From Abditibacteriaceae bacterium (lineage in GTDB: Bacteria > Armatimonadota > Abditibacteriia > Abditibacteriales > Abditibacteriaceae), in the NCBI GenBank assembly GCA_031372065.1, contig JANMKN010000273.1, positions 1-63,430 on the forward strand: a DNA stretch of 63,430 bases. Reading direction: 5' to 3'. The notes beneath the pieces were generated by a model, which saw nothing but the letters and a program-made list of their open reading frames with translations, was not told the origin of the DNA and did no database searches. A program made the position numbers and the translations under genes. Positions 46,541 through 56,971 of this stretch are shown piece after piece (positions within the stretch are counted from its first letter, which is position 1; every line of letters starts with the position of its first letter).

Positions 46541-49111
46541 TCATATGAAGTAAAGGTTATCGGGGTCACCGTCAAGCTCTACTTCGTTCTCGTCTTCCAA
46601 GGCTTTTTTGGCGCGCTCGTTCATCGCTTTGAGCGGGGCGGAATTGGGATACAAAGTGAAAGCGCGACGCACCGCATCGGCGATAGAAGGCAGCTCCTCT
46701 GGCTCGGCTAAATGAATGACTTGCTCGAATTCTTCGGTGGCCGCCGGTTCGCCGCCGATGCCTAAAGCCAAACTTAAATTGACGTGCGATTCCAAATTCC
46801 CGGCGCTTTCGGCAATGGAACGGCGCAAGGCGGGAATTGCGGCGTCGCTGTGCCCGCTATTGAGATGAATTCTGCCCAAAACGCCCCATGCTTCGCCGTC
46901 GTTAGGCGCCAGTTGTGTGGCTTTTTCGGCGTCGGCTACCGCTTCAGCAACCTGATTAGCTTTGTAACGCGCCCACGCGCGTGTGCTGTAAACCGTCGCG
47001 CGCCGCGCGTCGTTTTCGGCGAATTGAATGGCGCTTTCGTAGTCGGCCATTTGTTTTGCGGTTTCGCCTAAATCCCACCAAACTCCCGCGCGATTAAGAT
47101 AGGCTACGCGATGTTTCGGGTCGCTTGCGATGGCGCGATTAAAATCAGCTAAAGCCAAATCCAACTCGCCGCGATCTTTGTAAACGCCCGCGCGATTGTT
47201 CAAAGCGTCGGCGAAATTCGGGTCGATCATCAGCGCCATGTTGTATTCGGCCAGCGCGCCGCCCATATCGTTTTTGCCGCGCAGAACGTTGCCCGCGTTT
47301 TTGTGATCGAGCGCGGTGCCCGGTGGCACTCTTTTCACGTCCTCTTTTTGCGGAGTCGGCGCCAAAGCGACGTTTTCGACCGGATTTTGCGTGTCGTAGC
47401 GCGAACCCTTGAGCCTGTCGGCGATTTTCGGGTCGCGCGCGATGGCTTCTTTGAGGTCGGCTTTGGCCTTTTCGGTTTCGCTTTTGCCGTCATAGGCCGC
47501 GCCGCGCCACAACCATAATTCGCCGACTTTATCGTTGATTTTTAAAATGCGATTCAAATCTTCAATCGCGCCGTCGTAATCGCCGCGTTGCACGCGCAAT
47601 TTGCCGCGATCAAAACGCGCATCCAGATTGCCTTCGTCCAGAGCAATGACAGCATCGAAATCGGCCAGCGCCGAGGAAAATGCCCCGCGCGTCATGAAAA
47701 TTCGCCCGCGCATGAGATGCGCGTCGGCTAACGCGCTGGGGTTGGGCTTGGCATCGCCCCGCAAAAGCACGTGCCAATCGGTATCCAGCGGCGCCATGTT
47801 TTGTTCAATAGCAGCGGAATAATCGATGAAAAGCGCGTTGTAATCGGGATTTTTTAATTGTTTTTCAAGGCTCGCGCGCTGAAAATGCGCTTCGCCCGCG
47901 TCGGGTTTGAAGTAGATCGCGCGGCTGAAATCGGCAATGGCCAAGCGTTGCGCCTTATCGTGGGCCGCGATTTTTTCGGCGGCGGGCGTGATCAGATTTA
48001 ACACGCCATTTGCTTCCTTTTTCCACAAAACCAAACGTGCCATACCCGATTCAAACCACGCTTCGGCGTTTTTCGGGTCGAGTGCGATGGCCTTTTCAAA
48101 ATCTTTTTGCGTGTCGGCGTAATCAAAGGCGAGGTCGGTGAGTTTGTCTTGCAGATTGACATAAACCAGCCGCATCCGCCCTCGTTCGATGAGAGGCGCC
48201 GCCGAATTCGGCTCAACGCTGACGGCACGATCAAGGTCGTCTAACGCTGGTTCCAGCGCATCGGCCTTTAGGCTGTTGGCGTCGCCGTATAAAAAACTGA
48301 GGACTTCTTTTTGGTATTTGTTCTTGTCGCCTTCTTTTTCCTCGCGCACTTTCTTGAAGGTGTAACGCGCCCGTTCGATGAGCGGCGCGGCTTTGCCGGG
48401 TTCGTCGAAAATGGCTTTGTTGAACGGCGCTTGCGCGGCATCGAAGGTTAATTCGCCGATAGTGGCATCCATTTCTAAAGCGCGAGCGCGTTCGGCGACC
48501 GCCAGCAAAATATCGCCTTTTTGATAAAGCGCCAGCGCCAGATGTTTGTGCCACTTCGCGTCGTCGAAAAGAGCGATGGCAGCCTTGTAATCGACAATCG
48601 CACCGTCGTAATCGTAAAGCGCTTTTTTGACGCTGCCGCGATTGTCCCACAGTTCGCTGCCTTTCCATTTGCCGTTGGCGTAGGCTTTGGCGTAGCCAGC
48701 TTTCTCAGCCTTATCATAAGCGGCGATGGCTTCTTGATACTTGCCCAATTTGTTAGCGGTATAGCCCTGTTGGAAATAAACGGCTGCTTTGCCATTGACG
48801 ACGTGTTTTCCTCCCTCTACGTATTCGTCAATTAAACGCGAGGCTTCAAGTGCGTCGGCTTCGGCTTTTTTCCAATCTTTGTCTTCGGGTTCTTCCATCT
48901 CCTGCGGCAAACGCGAACGCAGATAATAAGCGTTGATTTTTCCAATCAGATCAGTCGCGGCCTGCACTTTGGCGTCGGCTTCTGTGCGCGCTTTGAGTTC
49001 TGCGGCTTTGTCGGCGCGGGCGTTTGGCACGACGGGACACAAAAACGGCGCGGCGAGCAGCGCCCAAAGAATACGCGGCGCGCGGCGCTTAATTTTCGCA
49101 AAATATTTCAT
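46541..49111 (-). CDS. Secreted tetratricopeptide repeat protein
   Basis: Signal peptide (..ARA-D) and many A..NRG..GD..GA..D..AI..DP units. Confidence 0.92.
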   Translation of the reverse strand: MKYFAKIKRRAPRILWALLAAPFLCPVVPNARADKAAELKARTEADAKVQAATDLIGKINAYYLRSRLPQEMEEPEDKDWKKAEADALEASRLIDEYVEGGKHVVNGKAAVYFQQGYTANKLGKYQEAIAAYDKAEKAGYAKAYANGKWKGSELWDNRGSVKKALYDYDGAIVDYKAAIALFDDAKWHKHLALALYQKGDILLAVAERARALEMDATIGELTFDAAQAPFNKAIFDEPGKAAPLIERARYTFKKVREEKEGDKNKYQKEVLSFLYGDANSLKADALEPALDDLDRAVSVEPNSAAPLIERGRMRLVYVNLQDKLTDLAFDYADTQKDFEKAIALDPKNAEAWFESGMARLVLWKKEANGVLNLITPAAEKIAAHDKAQRLAIADFSRAIYFKPDAGEAHFQRASLEKQLKNPDYNALFIDYSAAIEQNMAPLDTDWHVLLRGDAKPNPSALADAHLMRGRIFMTRGAFSSALADFDAVIALDEGNLDARFDRGKLRVQRGDYDGAIEDLNRILKINDKVGELWLWRGAAYDGKSETEKAKADLKEAIARDPKIADRLKGSRYDTQNPVENVALAPTPQKEDVKRVPPGTALDHKNAGNVLRGKNDMGGALAEYNMALMIDPNFADALNNRAGVYKDRGELDLALADFNRAIASDPKHRVAYLNRAGVWWDLGETAKQMADYESAIQFAENDARRATVYSTRAWARYKANQVAEAVADAEKATQLAPNDGEAWGVLGRIHLNSGHSDAAIPALRRSIAESAGNLESHVNLSLALGIGGEPAATEEFEQVIHLAEPEELPSIADAVRRAFTLYPNSAPLKAMNERAKKALEDENEVELDGDPDNLYFI

Positions 49112-49154
49112 CTTGCCCCATATTTTAACGTTTCTGGCGGAAGTTGTATTGACC

Positions 49155-49634
49155 TTATTTCAAGTCGGAAGTTTGTCGTTCCAGCAACGCTTTCAGCGCA
49201 GCATTGCGCCGCGTTAGCGTGTTTTGCAAATGGCGATGCACCATCAAAATATCGGCAATCCAGCCGAGCGGCCCCAGCGGAGAAATCCATTGCAAGGTAT
49301 CGCGCATCAGCGTGCCCTTTTGCCCGTTTTGCGTGGCGTTTTCAAATTCGTGAATATGTTTCAGCGCCTTGAAAGTGCCCTGCGTCATTTCGTCTACAAA
49401 ACGATGCGGCGCTTCAAATTCAACGATTTGCGCCGTCAAACGGCGGCGCAAGCCCAAATGCTTGCCTTCAAAAGTGACCGATTCGCCTAATTCAATGCGC
49501 CCACTTGTCGTGCCAGCGACGGCACGCTCACCCGTTTCTTTGAGTGTTTCGCAATGCAGGCCAATATCGCGCGCATAATCGAAACACATTTGCGGTGGCG
49601 CGATGATAAAAGTTTCTATGGTAATTTGCGGCAT
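49155..49634 (-). CDS. SRPBCC family protein
   Basis: FDYARDIGLH, GESVTFEGKHLG, FVDEMTQGTF..HIHEF. Confidence 0.88.
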   Translation of the reverse strand: MPQITIETFIIAPPQMCFDYARDIGLHCETLKETGERAVAGTTSGRIELGESVTFEGKHLGLRRRLTAQIVEFEAPHRFVDEMTQGTFKALKHIHEFENATQNGQKGTLMRDTLQWISPLGPLGWIADILMVHRHLQNTLTRRNAALKALLERQTSDLK

Positions 49635-49703
49635 AAGGTTTTCCAAACAATGCGGACAAAAGTATAGACTCTTGCACCATTCGGCTAAACAAAAATCCTA
49701 TTC

Positions 49704-49850
49704 GACTCTTCTCAAATCGTTCGGGAGTCTTCTTGAATTGCTCTGGAGTCTTCTCGAATGCTTGCGGAGTCTTCTTGAATGCTTGCCGAGTATTTATACA
49801 AGGCTTTCGCGTGCCTAAAAATCGTTTTCGAGTCGCCCAAAAACAGTGCC
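49704..49850. repeat. 21-bp tandem array (GAGTCTTCTYGAATGCTTGCG-like, ~7 units)
   Basis: Units at 49704, 49725, 49746 and 49767, degenerate to 49830. Confidence 0.85.
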
Positions 49851-49952
49851 GCCTGATAAACAATTATTGCATTGGCAAAGCATAATAAGAATTTGTTATG
49901 ATTGAATATTAAGCTGTTTACTTCATGTTTATTTTTATAAGGAGAGTGCATT

Positions 49953-50668
49953 ATGCCCGAAACTACGGCTGCTACAACAGCCGGGGCGACCAAACCCAAA
50001 CGTCAGCGCAACCCGCTGAACAAAGTGCAAGCGGCAGAGGTTTCCAAGGCCGAAAAAGTCGGTCTTGCCGCCAAAATCGCCGAAAACCTCACCAAATTGG
50101 AAGCGCGCCGCATCACGGCGCCCTTTATCCAGCAATTGCTGGACGACGTGCAAACCGCGCGCGGTTTAGGCGGCGCGGCAGTCAGCAAAGACACCACGGC
50201 TAACAGCGCCACCATCAACGAAAGCGCTTTGACCACCCAACTTCTCAGCGGCCTCGCCGAAATTCAATCCGCTGCCCGGCAAGAATTTTACGACGACGAG
50301 CCACAACGCTTGAAAGCCTTTTATTCCGGCGTAGATTTGCACACCAGCCGCGACCTGCTGACGACAATGGCGCAAGGCATCTTAACCGAAGCCGACGGCG
50401 CCGATTTGCCCGGCATCACCGCGACAAAACTGACCGCACATTGGGCAACGTTTTCGAGCAGTGGAAAACTGCCGACGAAACGCAAGGGGGCGCCCAAACC
50501 GGTAGCGCCACTATCCGCATCAATCGCAACAACTTGATAGAGTCCATCGAAAAGCGCCGCCGCAAAATCCAATTCGCCGCCGACGCCGAATGGCCCTACA
50601 CCAACCCCACCAACGTCCCGATTCGCCGCGCCTTCCAACTGCCAACCGACAGGCCGTTTGTAGGGTGA
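49953..50668 (+). pseudogene. Helical hypothetical protein split by a 2-bp (CA) insertion
   Basis: Overlapping ORFs 49953-50537 and 50441-50668. Removing CA from GCACATTG (50436-50443) gives a continuous ..KLTALGNVFEQW.., 237 aa. AAGGAG RBS. Confidence 0.75.
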
Positions 50669-50736
50669 AATGAATAATGCGCCCATTTCTTCAAGAAGAA
50701 ATGGGCGCGTGTCGTTTTTCAACAAGGAGATTTCAA

Positions 50737-52554
50737 ATGTCTGATGTGCTATTTTGGCGTAGAAAAGTTGCAGAAGCATGGCAAGAAAAGACGCATCCTC
50801 AACAACCGTATATGCGGCCTTATCAGTTCAAAAGTTTGGTTGCTGAACGTGGTTTTCATATATGGGAAGATAATCTTGAGACTTGGGATTGCCTCGGTGT
50901 TTTTCATCCGTTGCTTCGTGTGAAATACGCATACTCAATGCATCGCGCTACAGATGATAACACTTGGCCGGGTTGGGAAGGGCCACCTATTGCTGGTGAC
51001 ACTCCTGCGGACTCTAATCTGGCTACTGTTATTCACGAATGGGATCCGCAGAAGGAACAGGAAGTAGCTGGAATTTTTCCTGCTATTGTAGAAGTGCCCT
51101 CAATTGATAATTTTGTAACTTGGCAGAACTATGAAGAAAGGAACGAGAAGTGGGGAATGAGAGTGAACACAGGGACCATACTCTATCATCCCTATCAGAT
51201 TTTTCGTTTCAAAGTTGTAGCGGAATCTTGTTCACCAATCGTTCACTACAATAATTTCTCTGTCCCAGATGATACTACAGCCTTTACTAAGCAAGAGATT
51301 GAAAATGCAAAGACTGGTCTCATACAAAATGAAACAGGCTATTTAAAATGTTTACTTATTCTCTTGTCAATCGAAGACCGCTATCTCCCAGCATTACGTG
51401 GAGAACGGCATTCCCTGCATCTGACCAGCTTTGGTTTTAATTCTAAGACAAATGGCTGGTTTGAATTCCAAGCTAATTTCAATGCCACATCAGTTTTAGA
51501 TTCTCTGCCATTCTCAATTGATGAAATTAAAGAGTTTCGTAGAGATTTAGCTCAAAAAGGCTCATGGATTGATCCTAACCGTGCTTGGTTTGATTTAATA
51601 CGTCACATTCCGTATGCGAGGCGCCAAAAGCTGCATGGTAATGCTCTCTTAGCTTGGGATTACTATGAGGCGGCTGAGATTATAGGTGATTTTTTGGGTG
51701 AGGCGACAGGTGAGGCTCAACCACACGTTGATGACCTACTACATGGTGGACATTGGAAGAAATCACTCTATGGAGTGGCCGCACAAGATATTGACTATAA
51801 GTCAGGAAATGCTCTTAAAAATATTTTAGCCCATTATACAATTGATCCTCGCCTTAAAGTTCTCTTGTTAGTTGAAGGTGAATCAGAAATCCAATACATC
51901 CAAACTTGGTGTGACCAACACGGCTTAGATTTGAGTCTTTTTGGTATCCGTTTGTTTAATTTGAGAAGTGTGGATGCATTAAAAGCAGAACACGTTAAAC
52001 AGATTGTCCGCGCAGCCCGCCAAGATAGTGCTGCTGTTGTTGTAGTTGTAGATGACGAACACAAATCACTTGACGAGTTGCAAAATTGGGTAACAGAAGG
52101 CCTAATTCGTCGTATATTTTCATCTTCTGATTTACAAGGACCTAATCATCCCGTTGGCGGTATGGTATGGACGCCTTGTTTTGAAGATGCAAATTTCCCT
52201 GAATTAGATGACTTGCTACTAGGTTGGAGTGATTTTATCCAAGCGCATCCCAAAAATTTCATTGTTGATCTACCTCTTATGAAGTTAGAAGTTCAGAAAG
52301 CGCGTGCCGCAGCCACTGCTCAGAAACCCTGCGATTCTTGGATAAAAGCTATGGAACTATCAGTGAGGACACTACACTACCCATTCAAAAAGCCTGAAAT
52401 TGCGAGGTGTTTAGCTTTACGTTTTGGCGACACAGAGCGCCCGCTTCACCGTCTTATCAATCATGCTATAGGTTGCGCAGTCCTCTCCACAAATTATGGG
52501 CCTACAGATGCACATGGCGGCTATGGTGGCCCTGACGTCCGAGTTAATAATTAA
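50737..52554 (+). CDS. AT-rich protein with C-terminal OLD-type TOPRIM domain
   Basis: AAGGAG RBS, LLVEGESE, VVVVDDE, FED motifs. Visibly lower GC than the flanks. Confidence 0.75.
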   Translation: MSDVLFWRRKVAEAWQEKTHPQQPYMRPYQFKSLVAERGFHIWEDNLETWDCLGVFHPLLRVKYAYSMHRATDDNTWPGWEGPPIAGDTPADSNLATVIHEWDPQKEQEVAGIFPAIVEVPSIDNFVTWQNYEERNEKWGMRVNTGTILYHPYQIFRFKVVAESCSPIVHYNNFSVPDDTTAFTKQEIENAKTGLIQNETGYLKCLLILLSIEDRYLPALRGERHSLHLTSFGFNSKTNGWFEFQANFNATSVLDSLPFSIDEIKEFRRDLAQKGSWIDPNRAWFDLIRHIPYARRQKLHGNALLAWDYYEAAEIIGDFLGEATGEAQPHVDDLLHGGHWKKSLYGVAAQDIDYKSGNALKNILAHYTIDPRLKVLLLVEGESEIQYIQTWCDQHGLDLSLFGIRLFNLRSVDALKAEHVKQIVRAARQDSAAVVVVVDDEHKSLDELQNWVTEGLIRRIFSSSDLQGPNHPVGGMVWTPCFEDANFPELDDLLLGWSDFIQAHPKNFIVDLPLMKLEVQKARAAATAQKPCDSWIKAMELSVRTLHYPFKKPEIARCLALRFGDTERPLHRLINHAIGCAVLSTNYGPTDAHGGYGGPDVRVNN

Positions 52555-52565
52555 AAAGTCAGGTT

Positions 52566-52710
52566 TCATCTTTGGGCGCGACTTGCAGGGGTTCGGCGAT
52601 GCTGTGTTTCACCCCCAACGTAAACGGTGGCGTCCCAGCGGAGGCCGAGGGCTTCGGCGATTTCTTGGGCGCGGGATAAGGTTATGGTGCGTAGTCGGTG
52701 GTGCGTAGTC
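52566..52710 (-). pseudogene. Possible remnant of an XRE-family HTH gene (C-terminal fragment)
   Basis: Minus strand TDYA/TITLSRAQEIAEALGLRW with a frameshift at a 14-bp duplication. No start codon. Confidence 0.35.
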
Positions 52711-52834
52711 GGTGGTTCGTAACGTTGAATTTGCTGGGGTCTGAGGCCGAGTTTTTCGGAGAGTTGCTTTTATTTTGCCAATCCACCCGAACTCGCCAGA
52801 TCATTTTTTGCCGCCGCAAGTAAACTAAGCGCCT

Positions 52835-53830
52835 ATGAAGTCTTTGTTTGAGTCGGCGGAGGACGCGGCGTTTCAAAGTCGGGTTGCCATCGCAGCGGAT
52901 TATGCGCCGGAGGCTGAAGCGGTGATTGCACACGACGAGGCGCTGGATGTTTTGCGGCGGGCACCGGCGGGGTTTGCCAAGCTGATTATCACGTCGCCGC
53001 CTTATAACATCGGCAAGTCTTATGAAAAAGCAACCTCACTGGACGCATACCTTCAAGCGATTTGTCCGATTATCGAAGAGTTGGTGCGGGTTCTTTCGCC
53101 TGAAGGTTCACTGTGCTGGCAGGTGGGAAACTACGTCGAAAACGGCGAAGTTTTTCCGTTGGACATCTTCTATTACCCGATTTTCAAGCGGCTCGGCTTG
53201 AAACTGCGCAATCGCATCATCTGGCACTTCGATCATGGCTTGCACGCCTCCAAGCGCTTTTCGGGGCGCTATGAAACGTTGCTTTGGTTCACCAAAAGCG
53301 ACAACTACACCTTCAATCTCGACCCGGTGCGCGTGCCCTCGAAATATCCGGGCAAGCGGCATTTCAAAGGCGACAAAAAAGGTCAACCGTCGTGTAATCC
53401 GTTGGGCAAGAATCCGGCGGATATTTGGCGTATTATTACTGAAGATTGGGAGCGTTCGCTGTGGGATATTCCCAACGTGAAAGCCAACCATCCCGAAAAG
53501 ACCATTCATCCCTGTCAGTTTCCTATCGAATTGGTCGAACGCTGCGTTTTAGCCCTCACCAATGAAGGAGATTGGGTGTTAGACCCGTTTTCGGGTGTCG
53601 GGTCGGCTTTACTTGCAGCGCGCGGCCACAACCGGCGCGCGATGGGTTGCGAAAAAGAAGCGGACTATGTGGCTATCGCGCGAGAGCGCCTTGCCGATTT
53701 AGCAAGCGGCGTCTTGCGCTATCGTCCTTTGGGCAAACCGATTCATCAGCCAACCGGACGCGAAAGAGTCGCCCAAATTCCCCTGGAATGGACAAATGGG
53801 CATACTGCCAACGGAAACCAAAAACCATGA
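52835..53830 (+). CDS. Beta-class DNA methyltransferase (probably N4-cytosine)
   Basis: ITSPPYN precedes HPCQFP and VLDPFSGVGS. Confidence 0.93.
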   Translation: MKSLFESAEDAAFQSRVAIAADYAPEAEAVIAHDEALDVLRRAPAGFAKLIITSPPYNIGKSYEKATSLDAYLQAICPIIEELVRVLSPEGSLCWQVGNYVENGEVFPLDIFYYPIFKRLGLKLRNRIIWHFDHGLHASKRFSGRYETLLWFTKSDNYTFNLDPVRVPSKYPGKRHFKGDKKGQPSCNPLGKNPADIWRIITEDWERSLWDIPNVKANHPEKTIHPCQFPIELVERCVLALTNEGDWVLDPFSGVGSALLAARGHNRRAMGCEKEADYVAIARERLADLASGVLRYRPLGKPIHQPTGRERVAQIPLEWTNGHTANGNQKP

Positions 53831-54396
53831 TTATCGCCGCCCAGTATTCTTTCAATCAAGGCCGTGAAGAAGTCACCAAACGTTTTCCCGACCTACTGCC
53901 GGAAATCAACGCCGCCATAAAATCCATTGACGCCGAGCAACATCGCGTCAAAGTCAGCAAAGAAAAAACGAAGCAGGGGCGGATGCTTTATAGTCCGGTT
54001 TCCATCAATAAAGCCTTCAAAGCCGAACTTGCCAAATCGGAATGGGAAACGGTGCGCGTGAAATGCGATTACGAAACGATTCACTACGAACCGGATTACA
54101 CGCCGAAAGATTTAAACGCGGGTGCTTTCCGTGAAATGGACTTTGTAAAAAATAAGTTGGGCGTCGAAGTGCAGTTCGGCAAGTATTCGTTCATGGTCTA
54201 TAACGTCGCGGCCAAGATGACAATTTTCCGCAATCTGGGGCACATCGAATGTGGCATCGAAATCGTGCCCGTCAAAGCATTTGCCGCTCATATGTCGTCC
54301 GGCGTGTCCTATTTCGAGCAGTTCGTTTGGGATTTGAAAAATCGTGGCGTCGCGGATATTGATATTCCTGTGCTGATTTTAGGAATTGACGCTTAA
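53827..54396 (+). CDS. BglII/BstYI-family type II restriction endonuclease
   Basis: REMDFVKNKLGVEVQFGKY (D..ExQ active site), GIEIVP, DIPVLILGI. ATGA overlap with the MTase. Confidence 0.88.
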   Translation: MIIAAQYSFNQGREEVTKRFPDLLPEINAAIKSIDAEQHRVKVSKEKTKQGRMLYSPVSINKAFKAELAKSEWETVRVKCDYETIHYEPDYTPKDLNAGAFREMDFVKNKLGVEVQFGKYSFMVYNVAAKMTIFRNLGHIECGIEIVPVKAFAAHMSSGVSYFEQFVWDLKNRGVADIDIPVLILGIDA

Positions 54397-54407
54397 TCGC
54401 TCAAAAG

Positions 54408-54451
54408 CAAAAAGGCCAGAGCGCAGTTTTTGCACTCTGGCCTTTTGTTTT
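54408..54451. terminator. Bidirectional terminator
   Basis: AAAAGGCCAGAG..CTCTGGCCTTTT. Confidence 0.8.
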
Positions 54452-54461
54452 CGCAACTGCC

Positions 54462-56903
54462 TTACTTCGTTTTCACGCGCAGCACACTGGCCGAATGGGC
54501 GGGGAATTCTTGCGTGAAATTCGGCGAGGTGAAGGTGAGTTTCATCGTCTTGGGCGCGACTTTCATCGGTTCGGCGATGCTGTTGACATCGGCGGGGTCG
54601 CCGCTGATGGTTTCGAGCCATGCGCCTTTTACTTTGGCGACGCCTTGCAGATTGACGTTTAGTTGTTGCGGCGCGGCGCTGACGTTGACGACTTTAACGA
54701 TTACATCGCCGGTCTTGTCGTCGCGGCTGGCGGTGGCATAAAGCGGGTCGGCGGGCATTCCGGGGTCGTCGGTGGCCTGCGCCACTAACTTGCCGTCGAG
54801 ATAGGCTTTAATGTCGCGGCCTTGGACTTCGATTTTGATGTCATACCAACGGCCCGTTTCGATAGTGACTGGCAACTGCGGGCCGATTTCGGTTTTGTTG
54901 CCGCCGTGCGCGCGTTCGATAACGCTGCGCGAATTGCCCCAGCCGCCCAAATTCCACCAGATGTAATCGTTGTTGTTTTCGACGTGAAATAAAATCAAAA
55001 ATCCTTCGGCGCCGCCGGTTTTGCGCGCCTTGACTTCGTAGGTGTAATCCGTCCAGTTCACGTCGCCTGTGGTCAGGCGAATGTTATCGTCGTTGCTGCT
55101 TTGAATGAGCGTGCCGTTTTGCGTTTTCCAGTCGCCACCGGCTTTTTTCCAGCCGTTGATGCCGTTTGAAAAATCGCTTTGCAACAGCACTTTATCGCCG
55201 CTGGTCACTTTGGCGTCTTTGAATTCGGCTTGTGTGAGCCACGTTCCCACGCCCACGCCGCCTTTGGGCACAAATTTCGAAGTCATGTCCACTTTTTGCG
55301 GATTCACTTCCACCGGAAGCACCACACTACCCGCGTTATTGCCGAACATTTTCTGCACATAATAACTGGGCGAAGCAAAGCTGTTCAGCGCATCGTAGCC
55401 GATAAGGTTGGTGCCCCACTGCCGCGCGCCATTGTTTACATTTACCAGAAGCGGCGCGTAGCATTCCATCACTACGACATCGGAATTGCGTTCGAGGCCA
55501 GTCAGCCATGCGGCATCGCCAAGGGCGGCTTGCATGGTCGGCGTCGGGCTGCCTTCGGTGGACGCCCATTCGCCGACGAAGATTTTTGGGCCGTTGCGGT
55601 CGGTGTTGTCGTAGTGATGCACGTCGCGCGCCATCGCTGCGGCGCTGCGGTAATAATGGTCGTCCAGCGCATCAGGCTTGCTCGAAGTCACTTTTTTGCC
55701 GCCGTTTACGCCATTAGTCGAAATCAATTGCAGCTTGGGATATTTGGCTTTGATGGCATCGTGAAACTGCGTGAAGCGACCATCATAACTGCCAGTGCGG
55801 TCGAACCAATCTTCGTTGCCGATTTCGACATAGGTCAGATTAAACGGTTTGGGATGCCCCAAACGCGCGCGTTCGGCGCCCCATTTGGTGTTGACATCGC
55901 CGGTGACGAATTCGATTTCATCTAAAGCATCTTGCACGAACGGCTGCAATTCGGGGCCAGCTTTTACCACTTCGCCGCGCAATGCATAGCCCGCGAAAAC
56001 GGCCAGCACCGGCTCCATGTTGAGGTCTTCGCACCAACCGAGAAATTCCATTAAACCCATGCCATCGGTGGAGCGATAACCCCACGGACATTGATGGCCG
56101 GGGCGATTTTCCAGCGGGCCGATGGTCTTTTTCCAATCGAAACGCTCGGCGATGGTGTTGCCTTCGAGGTAATTGCCGCCGGGAAAACGCAAATAGGCTG
56201 GCTTCATGTCGCCCATCAATTGCATCAAATCGGGACGCAAACCGTTCGGGCGATTTTTAAAAGTCGGCGGCATCAACGATACCAAATTCAGCCAGAGCGT
56301 GCCGGGCTTGTCCGTCCAAATCGTGAAGTGGTTCGCCGTGGACGGCGCGACTTTGTTGGTTTTGAGCGCGACCTCATATTTCTGCCAATCGGTGCCGATT
56401 TTTTTAATAGTGGCGCCAATAATCGTTACATCATTGTTGTCAATGCTAACGTGCAGCGGGCCGGTGAATCCGGGAGACGCCTTCGCGTAAAAGCTGGCGC
56501 GATAAGTGGTGTTCGGCTTGACAGGAATGCCCCAATAGCCATCATTTGTCACGCCAATGCCTTTACCGGAGTCGGTAATTTCAAGTTTCAAACTGACCGG
56601 CAAATTTTCGTTGAGCGGCGCTGTTTTATCGAGTGAAATTGTGCCCGCACCGCCTTCAACCTGTAGCAACGACCAATGCACCGGATTTCGCGCGTTGTCC
56701 TTGAAGGCGCGGTTTTGAATCAATTCGGCATACAGCCCGCCATCGTAGGCGTGATTGATTTCTTCGGTCATCAGGCCGTAAAACATCGGGCTGATTTTCA
56801 CGCCGGGTTGGTCAACTTTCACCGTCAATTGGCCCGGTTGCGCCCATGCGACACTTGCAAGGGCGCTTAAAGTGCAGGTGGCGAAAAAACTTTTTAATTT
56901 CAT
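54462..56903 (-). CDS. Secreted alpha-L-arabinofuranosidase (GH51) with inserted lectin-like domain
   Basis: EEINHAYDGGLYAELIQNR, LRFPGG, VEIGNED, FVGEWA, ERNSDVV..YAPL. Confidence 0.93.
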   Translation of the reverse strand: MKLKSFFATCTLSALASVAWAQPGQLTVKVDQPGVKISPMFYGLMTEEINHAYDGGLYAELIQNRAFKDNARNPVHWSLLQVEGGAGTISLDKTAPLNENLPVSLKLEITDSGKGIGVTNDGYWGIPVKPNTTYRASFYAKASPGFTGPLHVSIDNNDVTIIGATIKKIGTDWQKYEVALKTNKVAPSTANHFTIWTDKPGTLWLNLVSLMPPTFKNRPNGLRPDLMQLMGDMKPAYLRFPGGNYLEGNTIAERFDWKKTIGPLENRPGHQCPWGYRSTDGMGLMEFLGWCEDLNMEPVLAVFAGYALRGEVVKAGPELQPFVQDALDEIEFVTGDVNTKWGAERARLGHPKPFNLTYVEIGNEDWFDRTGSYDGRFTQFHDAIKAKYPKLQLISTNGVNGGKKVTSSKPDALDDHYYRSAAAMARDVHHYDNTDRNGPKIFVGEWASTEGSPTPTMQAALGDAAWLTGLERNSDVVVMECYAPLLVNVNNGARQWGTNLIGYDALNSFASPSYYVQKMFGNNAGSVVLPVEVNPQKVDMTSKFVPKGGVGVGTWLTQAEFKDAKVTSGDKVLLQSDFSNGINGWKKAGGDWKTQNGTLIQSSNDDNIRLTTGDVNWTDYTYEVKARKTGGAEGFLILFHVENNNDYIWWNLGGWGNSRSVIERAHGGNKTEIGPQLPVTIETGRWYDIKIEVQGRDIKAYLDGKLVAQATDDPGMPADPLYATASRDDKTGDVIVKVVNVSAAPQQLNVNLQGVAKVKGAWLETISGDPADVNSIAEPMKVAPKTMKLTFTSPNFTQEFPAHSASVLRVKTK

Positions 56904-56971
56904 ATTGTTTCCTTTGGTGCGCGGGCGTCTTGCCCGCAAAATTAAAGGCGAGCGAGATGCCCGCACTCCGT

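Noticed and set aside
53572..53826. N-terminal extension of the restriction endonuclease
   Set aside because: It overlaps the MTase. ATGA coupling at 53827 gives the typical start.
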